From an uncultured Chloroflexia bacterium (GTDB taxonomy: Bacteria > Chloroflexota > UBA6077 > JACCZL01), in contig CAVXYC010000010.1 of the NCBI GenBank assembly GCA_963765765.1, positions 32,001-96,000 on the forward strand: a stretch of 64,000 nt of DNA. The letters run 5' to 3'. A program made the position numbers and the translations under genes. A model generated the notes under the pieces. That model did not search any database and was not told the origin of the DNA. It worked only from the letters and a program-made list of their open reading frames with translations. Positions 20,076 to 30,995 of this stretch are shown here, in pieces. Position 1 is the first letter of the stretch. Every line of letters starts with the position of its first letter.

Positions 20076-21230
20076 GTGGATTTCAGCTTTACGCCAGAGC
20101 AAGAGAGCATCCGACAGCTTGCGCGCGAATTTGCACGGGACCGTATCGCGCCGCTCGTCCAGACGTATGACCGCGAGGAGCGACTTCCTAAGGAGCTGGT
20201 CCAGGAAGCTGGCAAGCTCGGGCTCACTGGCGGTGTCGTGCCAGTTGAGTACGGCGGAGCTGGGCTCGACTACGTCACCATGACGATGGTCGTGGAAGAG
20301 ATCTCCAAGGTTTGCCACGTCATGGGCACGCTGGTCAGCTTTCCCAGCGGTCTGGCCGGTTCAGGACTGTTGCTCTATGGCTCGGAAGAGCAGAAGCAGC
20401 AATACCTCGCTCCGTTAGCCCGAGGCGAGATCATGGCCGGCGCCGGCGTGACCGAACCTGGATCGGGCACCGATGTCGCGGGGATGAAAACACGCGTCCG
20501 CAAAGAAGGCGGGGATTACATCCTCAGCGGCTCCAAGATGTGGATCTCCAACTTGCTCGATTCGAGCTGGTTCATCACATTCGCTCAGATGGACCCGGCC
20601 CTGAAGCATCGTGGGATATCGGCGTTCATCGTGCCGGCAGATGCACCAGGAGTTGAGGTACACCCGGTCAAGAACAAGACTGGCTTCCGTCCGTTGGCCA
20701 CGGGTGAGCTGGTGTTGAACGACGTTCGTCTCCCAAAGGAGCAGCTCGTAGGACAGGAAGGCGACGGGTTCAAGGTGGCCATGTGCGCCGTGGAGAATGG
20801 GCGCCTCGGTGTGGCAGCACGAGCGGTGGGTGTGCTCCAGGCTAGTCTTGACGAGTCCCTCAACTATGCGCGACAGCGCGAGACGTTTGGCCAGCCGATC
20901 GGGAAATATCAACTGGTCCAATCGCACATAACTGACATAGCCCTGGCGCTCGAAACATCGAGACTGCTCACCTACAAGCTCGCCTGGATCAAGGATCAGG
21001 GCAACGTTCGCGCGCGGCTCGCATCCTCAATGGCCAAGCTCCATGCTAGCGACCAGCTCATGCAAGCCACACTCAAGGCGGCGCAGATATTCGGTGCCTA
21101 CGCATGCTCGGATGAGTTCCCGGTAAGCCGCTATTTCCGAGATGCGAAATTCTTCCAGGTGGTCGAAGGCACCTCCGAGCTGCATCGCGTTCTCATCGCG
21201 GAGCACCTACTCGGGTACCGCAGCGAGTAG
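20076..21230 (+). CDS. acyl-CoA dehydrogenase
   Basis: TEPGSGTD, GSKMWISN, RETFGQPI, RYFRDAK...EGTSE. Confidence 0.95.
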   Translation: MDFSFTPEQESIRQLAREFARDRIAPLVQTYDREERLPKELVQEAGKLGLTGGVVPVEYGGAGLDYVTMTMVVEEISKVCHVMGTLVSFPSGLAGSGLLLYGSEEQKQQYLAPLARGEIMAGAGVTEPGSGTDVAGMKTRVRKEGGDYILSGSKMWISNLLDSSWFITFAQMDPALKHRGISAFIVPADAPGVEVHPVKNKTGFRPLATGELVLNDVRLPKEQLVGQEGDGFKVAMCAVENGRLGVAARAVGVLQASLDESLNYARQRETFGQPIGKYQLVQSHITDIALALETSRLLTYKLAWIKDQGNVRARLASSMAKLHASDQLMQATLKAAQIFGAYACSDEFPVSRYFRDAKFFQVVEGTSELHRVLIAEHLLGYRSE

Positions 21231-21261
21231 CTGTCTATTGGCATCTGGACGAAGTATAGCA

Positions 21262-23413
21262 ATGGCCGTAGCTTCTCTCCAGCCGCTGCTTGCCCCGCGA
21301 TCGATCGCACTCGTCGGTGCGTCCGCCGATCATACGAAGCTCAGCGGGCTCCCACTCTTCTTTCTGCAAAAGCATGGCTACGCCGGCTCGCTCTATCCGA
21401 TTAACCCGCGCTCGAGCGAAGTGAATGGCCTACGTTGTTACTCCAGCCTGCGCGACATTCACGCGTCGATAGATCTCGCATTCCTTCTCGTAGGCGCGGA
21501 GCGGGTGCTCGATGTCATCGACGAGTGCATTGAGGCAGGTGTCCAAAGCGCCATAGTCGCGGCTTCTGGCTTCGCTGAAGTCGGTGGGGAGGGCGCGGTC
21601 ATGCAAGCGGCTCTTGTCGAGCGCATCCGCGGTTCAAGCCTGCGCGTGCTCGGTCCAAACTGCATGGGCCTGGTAAACGTGCACGCCCGAGTCGCCGCCA
21701 GTTTCAGTCAGTCACTGCACGTTGATCGGCTGATACCTGGGAACCTTGCATTCTTCAGTCAGAGTGGCGCCATTGGCGGTTCAACGCTAGACATGGCCCA
21801 TTCGCGCGGCATAGGTCTCTCCCACTGGGTCTCCACGGGTAACCAGGCCGATATCGACGTTGTCGAGTGCGCGTTGGCCGTCATCGACGATCCCGAAGTC
21901 AAAGTCATCGGCCTGTATCTGGAGAGCCTTCTCGATCCGGGCTCCTACATTCATCTGCTTGAGAAGGCACGTGAGCTCCAGAAAGCCGTTGTCGTGCTCA
22001 AGAGCGGCCAGTCGGACGCTGGGGCGCAGGCAGCGATCTCGCACACGGCCGCGATCGTGGGAGATGCCGCGGTGTTCCAGGCGGTCTCCCGCCAGTTTGG
22101 AGCGGTGTTAGCTCAAGATCTCGAGGAGCTCCTGGATCGTGCCTCCGGCTTTCTTACAGGCCGCACGGCCCACGGGATACGCGTTGGTGTGGTGAGCTCA
22201 TCCGGCGGTGTCGGAGTTATTCTCGCGGATGAGATCGAACGGCAGGGCTTGTCCGTGGCCCAGCTTACGCCGCGGACCCGCGAGCGCCTTGCCAGAGTCG
22301 TTCCGGAATACGGCTCGACGAACAATCCAGTGGATGCAACGGCAACGCTCGTAGCCAGGATGATTGGCGGAGAGCATGGACTCTGGACTGAATGCTTCTC
22401 CGCTCTCGCAGATGATCCAAACGTCGATCAGCTTATCGTTGGACTGACGATGATCACGGGCCAGGCTGGCGCAACGCTGGCCGACGAGGTCATTGCCACC
22501 CTCGATCGCACTGAGAAGCCGATCGTAGTTTCATGGCTTGGAGCCAATTTGTGTCGTGATGCATTCCAACGGCTCCGCTCAGCGGGCGTGCCGATGTTTT
22601 CGAGCACCGCCCGCGCAGTCCGAGTCGCGGCCTCGCTCGCGGAACGGCTTCGGCCCATGGACCGTAAACCGGCAAATCTAGTCATCGGAGCTTCGATTGG
22701 TGAAGACTCAGACCGGTCGGTGTTCACAGAATGGCAGTCACAGGAGCTTTTGAAAGCCTACGGAATTCGATGCCCGACGGCATATCTGGTGGTTGATTCG
22801 ACCTCGATTGCTACGCTCCCGATGGCGGCCGGGGCTCGGTATGCCGTGAAGGTACAGTCCCCAGATATCGTGCACAAGTCTGGCGCCGGCGCGGTGATGC
22901 TAGCCGTGGACCCTGACGATATCGATGAAACTATCCGGACTGTGCTGCACAATGCGAAATCCAGTGTGCCTGACGCTCGGATAGACGGCGTCATGGTGCA
23001 AGAGATGGTCCCAAAGGGCCTTGAGATCCTGGTGAGCGTCGTACGGGATCCGTGGTTCGGCCCCATGCTCACAGCTCGGGATCGGTGGTACCTTGACCGA
23101 GCTCCTGAACGACGTTGCCCTACGCCTTTTGCCGGTGAATCCAGAAGAGGTGCGCTCAATGCTGACCGAGCTGCGCGGTGCTGCCCTTCTGGAAGGCTCG
23201 CGCGGCGGGGTCCCCCGAGATACGGAAGCATTGATCGATGCAGTCTGTCGGATTGCTGCGCTGGCTCAGTCCCTCGGTGACCGACTGGAGGAGCTCGAGA
23301 TCAACCCGCTGATCGTCTTGCCGCGCGGAGAGGGGACGGTGGCCGCGGATTGTCTTATTCGACTGAGGCCCGCTTCGCCCGGCAATCTGAGCGAAAAGGA
23401 CTCTGAGACGTAG
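21262..23413 (+). CDS. acetate/acyl--CoA ligase (ADP-forming) family, fused alpha-beta, frameshift at ~23074
   Basis: PRSIALVGAS, GPNCMG, SQSG, SHTAA, NPVD, HKS.AGAV, ELEINPL. Confidence 0.9.
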
Positions 23414-23570
23414 GTCGATGCTGATCGGGCGGGGGTCGATCACTGACCGGCTGCTATTTGTGTCCGGGATTGGGTCTCTATTGCGCGATCTGCGAACCGC
23501 TGGCGGGACGGCACGCCTTAAGAAGTATCAGGCTGATTCCTGCTGCACAAATTAGCTCTTCCACTGCAGT

Positions 23571-23663
23571 GTCCTTGTCACCTGGAGCGCAGCGAAGGAT
23601 CTTCCCCGCCGAATTCAGGCGCCGGTGGGGAAATCCTTCGCTGCGCTCCAGGATGACAAGGAC
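23571..23663. repeat. TGTCA...GAGCGCAGCGAAGGAT-type (CGTC-like) palindromic repeat
   Basis: gtccttgtcacctggagcgcagcgaaggat ... atccttcgctgcgctccaggatgacaaggac. Confidence 0.8.
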
Positions 23664-23755
23664 GTCTAAGAGAATGGCGTGTCCGCTAACAGCCTGTTCG
23701 CATTAGAGAGACGAAGCATCTCTACTTCAGGCACAGAATGAGCGATCGGGCCTCG

Positions 23756-24217
23756 CTACTTCTCTTCACCAATCAGCGTCCCACACCTGCGGCAGATCCA
23801 GCGGGTGGCGCCTTTGCTCGCTCGCTTCAGCGTGAGGACCAATATCACTCCGCCAAACGTGAGCAGCCCTGTACCAGTGCTTAGAGACGAGAGGATGTCG
23901 CGTCCGCCTGGAGCATTTACGGTTGCACCTGGGTCAATCAGCGCGCCCGTCGGATCGATGGCGACGGTGACCAGCATGACGCTACCGAGAATGAGAAAGA
24001 ACAGCGCGAACGGGGTTGTCATTGGCGGCGGCGGGTCACTGGGATAGGGAGGCAGCTTTGATCCGCAGCGTGGACATCCGAAGAACCCTGTACCCAGCTT
24101 GAAGAGTGCTGTCAGAGTCATCGACATGTCAGGCTCCGCATGGGCTCTTGGCCTGAACCGCTCGCGGCGCGAGAGTGGCAAAGTCGGGCCCGCACAGCAC
24201 CAAGTGATGCCGCTCAT
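23756..24217 (-). CDS. membrane protein with split zinc knuckle (CPRCG ... CRRCG)
   Basis: ATGA overlap with the upstream gene; two hydrophobic segments between two CxxC pairs. Confidence 0.65.
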   Translation of the reverse strand: MSGITWCCAGPTLPLSRRERFRPRAHAEPDMSMTLTALFKLGTGFFGCPRCGSKLPPYPSDPPPPMTTPFALFFLILGSVMLVTVAIDPTGALIDPGATVNAPGGRDILSSLSTGTGLLTFGGVILVLTLKRASKGATRWICRRCGTLIGEEK

Positions 24218-26317
24218 CGAATGGAAATTGGCTCGAGCATTACACGATCGTCGGCGCGATCCTGCGAGAGCGATACCCGGGCACGTTGGAGCGACGTAGG
24301 TTCGTACACACCTATCGTTGGTGTGAGGCGTGCTCCGTCCTTGTCTTGGGGAATCGGCATCGTGACGCGTCGGACGAGCAGGTCTCCATTGCGCCAGGCG
24401 GTAGACGGCAAACCCAGCCCATCTGATTGCGCGACAATCGATCCATCCTGATCAAGGAGATGAAAAAAGACTGAGTAATCTTGAGCTCCACTCGTGGGCG
24501 AGTATCCAGTGAAGGTCCAGTAGGTGGTAAGCGCAAGCGTCTCACCCGGCTCCAGTCGCTGTGGGGAATCGTAGGACACAAGCTGCAGTCCGGGTTCAAA
24601 GCTGGCTTGAATAGATCGTCGACCGAGTGATTGGTCACGCAACGCCCGTGCTGGCACCTGTACAAGGCGAGTCGCATCACGAGTCCCCGGCGTGGGCACT
24701 TCCAGCAGGCGTTCGGGGTTGCGAATTGTACGCGGCAGCTCGACGCCTGGAAGCTGCAGCGTAAGCCCCGGTTTCTCCAGCGGAAGCACCACCGTACCTT
24801 CGAACGGAAAGCGGGCGGTGATCCTGGGCCCAAGCATGTAATCGAGCGCCATGCGCCGCCGGTCCACGTACAGCTCATAGGGATCGCTGAGACTGGTGTA
24901 GACCGTCACCGTGTTGATCTCCCGTTGCGTGCTCGTCGATCCAATCGCCGATGAAAGCTCTCGCCAGTAGCTGAGCGGAGTGCCGAACAAATCGCCAATT
25001 CCAGAAGCGCGAGTGAGCTGCTGCTGGTCATTCAGCCGCGTCTGCCGCTCCACCGCGCTGACCTGGTCAGTTGGAAGGGATGCCTCCACCCTCACTCCCT
25101 GCAGGAGGGCGCTGAAGAGCACCTGATGCACCACCCCGATTGCGATGAGACATGCGAAGGCGACAATCCCGAGCAGCCGGTGCAGTCTGAACGCAGCACT
25201 GAACGGCAGCGCCGCCAGGAGAAAACATGACGGCACTACCGCCGTCATGTAGTGAATGTAGACCGGGCGAGACTGAAGCATGGCTGCCCCGAGCGGCGCC
25301 GCCAACCAGATGATGGCCAGGGCGTAGCCTTTCCATCCGGGCGCTCTCCCAATACACAGTGCCACCGCCAGGACAAGTCCCACGACCATCGCAATGATCA
25401 GAGCCATGCTAGTGATGTTTTGCGCGAGACCGAGCGAACGGAACGCTTCGGCTCCCTCAGTGAGCTTTGCCTGAAGCTCGGAGCCCCCGACGAACCACCC
25501 GAGCAGACGCGGAGCGTCCATCGGCGTATTCGGAGTCACTGGCGCAATCGCGGCTGGCGCGCCAGTAGACTGGTGCCGCACCTACGAGCGTGCTCTGGAC
25601 CGAGTCCTTGAGCTCCCAGAGATGGATCGCGAACGGCGCATTGATCGCAGCCACGATCACGACGCCCGGAATGATCGAGATTCCCCACGAGCGTACGAAT
25701 CCTAGAACTGTGAGCACGGCCGGTAGCACGAGCACGGCGCCCAGCAGGTGCGTCTGCATCTGGAGCCCGAGTGCCAGAAAGAAGAGCAGGCTCCAGCGTC
25801 GCTCACCATACTGCACCACGCGGGTAGCACTTAGGAGCATGAGGCTGGTCAGCACCGGCTGAGCGTTCACCCAGGGCTGACGCCCAAAGTAGATGGCCCA
25901 GGGACTACACGCGTAGAGCAACGCGGTTCCGAACCCAAGCGCGCTGCCCCCCACTGAGCGACCCCAGAAGTAGGCCAGAAGCACCGAGACTGTGTTAACC
26001 GCACCGAGGAGCCAGGTGCGAGCTATCGTCGGGTCAGATACCGCCTCGACAACGGCGTAGACGTAGAGCATCAGCGCGGGGTCTGGCAGTAACCATGAGG
26101 TGACCTCGTTGGCAACCGGACGAGCACCCAGCGCAATGGCGCGTGCGCGCAACGCCTCCAGGGCCTCGTCATACCCAAAGGGGACGAGCTCCGGTGCAAT
26201 GAACCGAGGCAGAGCCGCGATAAACACAAGAAGCGCCACGCCGATCGACTCGGCGACAAGCCACCCAAACTGAGCGGACTTGGGACTTCTAGCTGAGAGC
26301 TCCTCTGCCCCTACCAC
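24214..26317 (-). CDS. GT-C (ArnT/PMT-like) membrane glycosyltransferase with extracellular C-terminal domain, frameshift at ~25580
   Basis: RF...PFGYDEA, LLYACSPWAIYFGR.PW, YIHY; C-terminal YSVFFHLLD..G..VAQSD....T..W..GD domain. Confidence 0.75.
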
Positions 26318-26362
26318 TGATCAATCGGACGGGCGCCGTACTGATCGCTGACTGACACTGAG

Positions 26363-26755
26363 TTAGTCACTCCGACCAAATTGCCCCTGGACTTTACCGT
26401 CGGCGAATGTTCGAGTCACGTTCGTGGACCCGTAAATCCAGAGTATCTTCAACGGGCCATTGCCAACATTGACAAATCGATGAGGGATTCCAGACGGAAT
26501 GTACGTGGTATCGAATGCCTTGACGCGATGCCGCTCGCCATTCACCTCGCACTCGGCCTCGCCCTCGAGCGTGGTGATCGATTCTTCGGTGTTGTGGCTA
26601 TGCATCTCCAGCGACCCACCCGGCGGAAAGACTGTGATACCCGTCGAGAAGCTCTGGGCGTCAGTTTTCGTGCCTGTGAGCGGAATGCTCACGATCCCGT
26701 TTCCTCGGTCAACAGTCGCTTGCTCTTCAATATGGAGAATGTGCGCATCAGGCAT
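26363..26755 (-). CDS. cupin domain protein
   Basis: HSHNTEE...IPSGIPHRFVN. Confidence 0.9.
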   Translation of the reverse strand: MPDAHILHIEEQATVDRGNGIVSIPLTGTKTDAQSFSTGITVFPPGGSLEMHSHNTEESITTLEGEAECEVNGERHRVKAFDTTYIPSGIPHRFVNVGNGPLKILWIYGSTNVTRTFADGKVQGQFGRSD

Positions 26756-26788
26756 GTCAGTCCAAACTCCTCGTGGGAATCGATTTGT

Positions 26789-27259
26789 CTAGGTCGCGTT
26801 TTCTGAGACCTTAAGACTGGCCTCACCGATAAACCGGTAGCTTACGGCACCATCGGCCCAGAGAGTTCGGCGGAAGATACCGGTCCCGCCGAGAGTTGAG
26901 CAGCGTCCGTTCGCCTGCACCACCTCCCAGGTGCCGTCATCGCTTGAGTCTAACCGCAAGCGGAGGATGACAGCTCCATCGGAGCCGATCTGAGCCCGCT
27001 CTTCCGCGCCATCGGATTTGAGCTGAAATGGCCCTACCAGACAGCTCACGGTCGTCTCGCTGGAGTTGACGCCGTCCCATGGAACGAATACCTCGACTGT
27101 TTCACCCGTAATGGATCCATCCAGCCCACGGTTACCCATGATGGCGAAGCGAACATCGCCTCCGTCAGGTTGCGCGAAGGCGGCGGGAGCGAACCAGGCT
27201 GGAAGCAACAGCAGTGGCGAGACTGCGCGTCGGAGTATGCGGGTGACATCTATGTTCAT
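26789..27259 (-). CDS. hypothetical secreted protein
   Basis: Signal peptide ending AFA; beta-rich body. Confidence 0.65.
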   Translation of the reverse strand: MNIDVTRILRRAVSPLLLLPAWFAPAAFAQPDGGDVRFAIMGNRGLDGSITGETVEVFVPWDGVNSSETTVSCLVGPFQLKSDGAEERAQIGSDGAVILRLRLDSSDDGTWEVVQANGRCSTLGGTGIFRRTLWADGAVSYRFIGEASLKVSENAT

Positions 27260-27292
27260 CTCATTCGCAGTGAGATTCTGCTTTGTGCGAGA

Positions 27293-28054
27293 TTACTCAA
27301 GTGCGTACTGACCCCTTGGCCCGATCATACCGGGCGCCTGAAAGAACAACATCTCCGCGGCCAGGTCTCCCCGCGGCATGAAAGTGACCCAACCCGTCAC
27401 TGTCTCTTTGGGAGCAAGATTGCCGGATTGCAAAGCCGGCTCCACTGTCGTGCTGGCGGTTGAACGCAGCTCGTTCCCGCCCGAGTCACGCAATCGGAAA
27501 TGGAGATAGCTATATGCCACGGGGCGGTTGGCATTGTTCGTAATTTCCATCTGGTAGGCTACGAACCGGTTCCCCTGAGTCGGTTGAACCAGAGGATAGA
27601 CGGATTTCGCCGGATCACGCGCCTCGAGCAGCGTGACCGTGTAATCGCCCAGGCGTACTGGTTCGCCAGGCTTTGCGGCAGAGGGCGTCGGCGTGGCCGT
27701 TATTCCCCGATTGGGGATAGGCGTGATCTCGCTCACTACGAAGGGCGCAGGAGTTGGTGTGCCACTAACGGCTACCACGGAAGGCGAAGCTGCCGGTTTC
27801 GCAGCGCCTCCGCTGCCCGTTCCTGGGCTCGCTGCGGGCTTGCTGGATCCGCCTTCAACGGTGGTAGCGCTCCCGGGTGATGTCGACGTCGCTGAAAAGG
27901 CAATCGCAATGCCGAGCAGGAGAAGCGCCACGGCAGGGAGCCCAAACCGCACTCTGCGGGGAAGAGCGCTAAAGCGATTCCAGGCACGACGCGGGGCTGA
28001 CTGATCGGACGGGGGATATGGGTTTAGGGGTACCATCAGTGATGTAACGGCCAC
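27293..28054 (-). CDS. DUF4352-like membrane-anchored protein
   Basis: TM anchor, Pro/Thr linker, GNRFV..M.ITN...F.L.D..G, L..G.LAP.ETVTGWVTF. Confidence 0.75.
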   Translation of the reverse strand: MAVTSLMVPLNPYPPSDQSAPRRAWNRFSALPRRVRFGLPAVALLLLGIAIAFSATSTSPGSATTVEGGSSKPAASPGTGSGGAAKPAASPSVVAVSGTPTPAPFVVSEITPIPNRGITATPTPSAAKPGEPVRLGDYTVTLLEARDPAKSVYPLVQPTQGNRFVAYQMEITNNANRPVAYSYLHFRLRDSGGNELRSTASTTVEPALQSGNLAPKETVTGWVTFMPRGDLAAEMLFFQAPGMIGPRGQYALE

Positions 28055-28179
28055 GTCATGCTGTCGGGGACAGCATATCCAGGCCTTGTGTGACGTGGAG
28101 TCCGGGTTTCCGTGCTACACGATTGTGCATTGAAGACGCGTCGCGGCGCCATCGTTTGCTCGCTAACAGGTGATTGCCA

Positions 28180-28833
28180 ATGTCTGAAGAGCATCGACTC
28201 CTTCCCTTGTTTCCGCTGAATGTGGTCCTGTTCCCGGGCATGGTGCTTCCGCTCCATATATTTGAGGAGCGATACAAGCTCATGATGGGTACCTGTATGG
28301 TGGGTGATCAGCTTTTTGGCGTATCGCTCATCCGGGAGGGCGAGGAAGTCGGCGCACCGGCCGTCCCGTTCGATATGGGCACCATTGCCAGGATCACTCG
28401 GCTCCAGAGGCTGCCCGACGGTCGCATGAACCTGCTGGCGACGGGGGAGCAGCGATTCAGACTTCTGGAAGCTCCACGGGCAACGCCTTACCTGGTGGCG
28501 CAAGTGGAGACTATTCCACCGGTGTCAGCCGATCTGCCCGAGGACCTTGCCGCGTCAGCTCGAGATGAGCTCGCACAGTACTTTGCGCTGATGGGGCGTG
28601 ACGTCCCAGATCTCGACGCACCAGGCGATTTTCCAGCCGAGGCGCTCAGCTACCAAGTGGCGTCGGCGCTAAAGATCGATGCGGCAGGACGGCAGGAGTT
28701 GCTTGAGATTGATGATCCCATTGCAAGGCTTCAGGCGGGATTGAAGATACTACGGCAAGAACGTCAGTTCTTGAAGATACTTGCTGAATCGGGCGGCGGC
28801 CCTGATTCGATCGGACCCTTCTCCAAGAATTGA
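28180..28833 (+). CDS. LON peptidase substrate-binding domain protein
   Basis: LPLFPLNVVLFPGMVLPLHIFEERYK. Confidence 0.93.
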   Translation: MSEEHRLLPLFPLNVVLFPGMVLPLHIFEERYKLMMGTCMVGDQLFGVSLIREGEEVGAPAVPFDMGTIARITRLQRLPDGRMNLLATGEQRFRLLEAPRATPYLVAQVETIPPVSADLPEDLAASARDELAQYFALMGRDVPDLDAPGDFPAEALSYQVASALKIDAAGRQELLEIDDPIARLQAGLKILRQERQFLKILAESGGGPDSIGPFSKN

Positions 28834-29768
28834 GTCAGTCCGAGCGTACCCTCCTTGTCTATCGCCCAGGAGCGCTGGGCGATACGCTCGTCTCTCTTCC
28901 CGCTCTTGCAGCAGCCCAAGCGCGTTTCGCCGCGACAAGAACGATATTTGCCGCCTCCTCCGTGGCCGCGCCGCTGCTCAGCGAGAATCAAATTGCCGAT
29001 GTCGTTCTCTCGGCTGATGACCTGCGTTTGCTCCATCTTCTCTCGGGGAACGTAGAAGCACTTACAACCGCGCTCGGTCCTGTTGATATCGCGGTACTGT
29101 GGGGAGGAGAAGCGCTGAAGGTTGCGGCCGCGGCGCTCCGGGAGCGTGGCATTGAGGTGATTCACACGCCGTCGCGCCCGCCAGAGGCCTCTGATCTTCA
29201 TATATCCGACTACCTTGTGAGGACCATCGATGAAGATGCTCCTGGTGCAGGCACTTCGGATCGCCTTCGTCCTCCCTCGGCCGATGAGAGCTGGCTCGCT
29301 GAGCATTTTGGCAACATCGTCTCGCGGCCAACGTTTACGATGCATCCCGGAAGCGGCTCGTCGCGGAAGAACTGGAGCCCTGGCTCGTTCGCGTCGCTAG
29401 CCAATCTGGCGCGGAAGCGCATGGGCGTCCAGTGCGCAATTGTCTCGGGTCCAGCGGATGCGGGCATACTCGAGGAGATCCTTCCCGCGCTCGATGAGCC
29501 TCCCGCGGTTATTGCACGCGACTGGTCACTCGGCCAGGTAGCGGCATTGCTTCACCATTCGTCGATGTACCTGGGGAACGACTCCGGAATCTCGCATCTT
29601 GCAGGGGCGCTCGGTGTTCCGGGGATTGCTCTTTTCGGTCCCACTCGCCCGGAAGTCTGGGCTCCACGGGGAGATTGGATCCGCGCCGTAGGCCGGCCGT
29701 CAGTGCGCGAGCATCAGCCTGAGGACGTGTTCGAGGCGCTGCGGGCTGTCGCGCTCAGCTCCGCGTGA
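28830..29768 (+). CDS. glycosyltransferase family 9 protein
   Basis: RPGALGD, HPGSGS.RKNW, GNDSGISHLA, LFGPT. Confidence 0.92.
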   Translation: MSQSERTLLVYRPGALGDTLVSLPALAAAQARFAATRTIFAASSVAAPLLSENQIADVVLSADDLRLLHLLSGNVEALTTALGPVDIAVLWGGEALKVAAAALRERGIEVIHTPSRPPEASDLHISDYLVRTIDEDAPGAGTSDRLRPPSADESWLAEHFGNIVSRPTFTMHPGSGSSRKNWSPGSFASLANLARKRMGVQCAIVSGPADAGILEEILPALDEPPAVIARDWSLGQVAALLHHSSMYLGNDSGISHLAGALGVPGIALFGPTRPEVWAPRGDWIRAVGRPSVREHQPEDVFEALRAVALSSA

Positions 29769-29923
29769 GCTAGTTCCCTACAGCGAACGTCTCGAGTTCG
29801 CCGGCTCCCTTCGCCGCGGCGCCATCGATGTTTGGCGTGGTGATACGTTCGCTTGCCACCCGCCGACGCTGCAGAAAAGCAACTAGGATCGAAACCAGGC
29901 CGTCCCATGCACGGGAGTTATTA

Positions 29924-30211
29924 ATGGATTGGCCCAAATTAGACGCGCTCGGCGCGGAGTTGAATGCTAGATTGCAACGCGGCGGGCTTCAGGGACTGCA
30001 GCCGGTGACGCTCGAGGGCGGACATGTCATAGAAGCGGAGCTCATGGCGCGGATCGTCCTCGCCGATATCGAGCATATCGAAGAGTGGGATCGTAGGCAC
30101 CCGACGAATCCGACCGGTGAGACGCGGTTGCGGACAGTGGGAACGGAAGCTCGGCAGTTACTCGGACTGCACCGGGACGACCGAGATGCTGCCGCGGACC
30201 AATTTCGCTAA
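29924..30211 (+). CDS. uncharacterised 'DW' family protein, paralogue A
   Basis: GGGAG RBS; MDWPKLD...ARIVLADIEHIEEWDRRHP; homologous to 32393-32697 and 33820-34143. Confidence 0.8.
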   Translation: MDWPKLDALGAELNARLQRGGLQGLQPVTLEGGHVIEAELMARIVLADIEHIEEWDRRHPTNPTGETRLRTVGTEARQLLGLHRDDRDAAADQFR

Positions 30212-30379
30212 TTCCTACCAACTTTCTCGGAAATTCCTGGGGCCATCAACCTTACCGTCTGCTATCCTGAGAATCGGCGGAGTTGCTGGGTCTCAAGCCT
30301 GCCACCGGGGTATCGCGCCTGGCGTGCGTCCTGGTCCGCCGATCACGAAATCCGCTGGCCTGCGAGGAGAAGTGGCGCG

Positions 30380-30622
30380 ATGGGGAGCGACTCCGATCCG
30401 ACCCCGAATCCCGGTGACCAGGGTCGAGGCATGCTTACTCGGCTCCAGGAAAACATTGCCGCACTTGTGGCCCAGGGCCTCTCGAATCGCGAGATTGCCG
30501 AGCGTCTATCCTTGACGCCCGAAACCGCGTCCGACGAGATAGCGCACATTTTCCGGGCGTTAGGACTCACCTCTCGCTTACAGATTGCTCTCTGGGCACT
30601 CGAGCACGGATCGCACCACTAG
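30380..30622 (+). CDS. stand-alone LuxR-type HTH protein
   Basis: LT.LQENIAALVAQGLSNREIAERL...LGLTSRLQIALW. Confidence 0.85.
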   Translation: MGSDSDPTPNPGDQGRGMLTRLQENIAALVAQGLSNREIAERLSLTPETASDEIAHIFRALGLTSRLQIALWALEHGSHH

Positions 30623-30995
30623 TCGTGGTCGAGGCGGACTATATGATGCTGCTCTTTGCAGAGCGTGTCGCGGAAGGCAATCTAGCGGTTCTTGTACGCC
30701 AACTGCGTCGCTGGGTCCCGACAGCGCTCCGTAGCGTCAGCTGATATGCTGGACAGTTGCTCATTGCGCTGAATCGGTTGCTCAGTAGCCCTGTGACCTT
30801 GATCCGGATGGTTCGGCTCCAACACCAACAATCCGATTCTTCAGCGCGAAACGGGCGGCCAATCGTCGTGGTACAGTTTCCGAGATATTCTCGTCAGCCC
30901 TCGGTGGGATCAGGCTCCAGTCGTCACTATGATCATTGGCTGTTCCAGTTGTGTTGATGACGACGCTGCCTATCTTGGATGCAGTTAGGGGCGTC

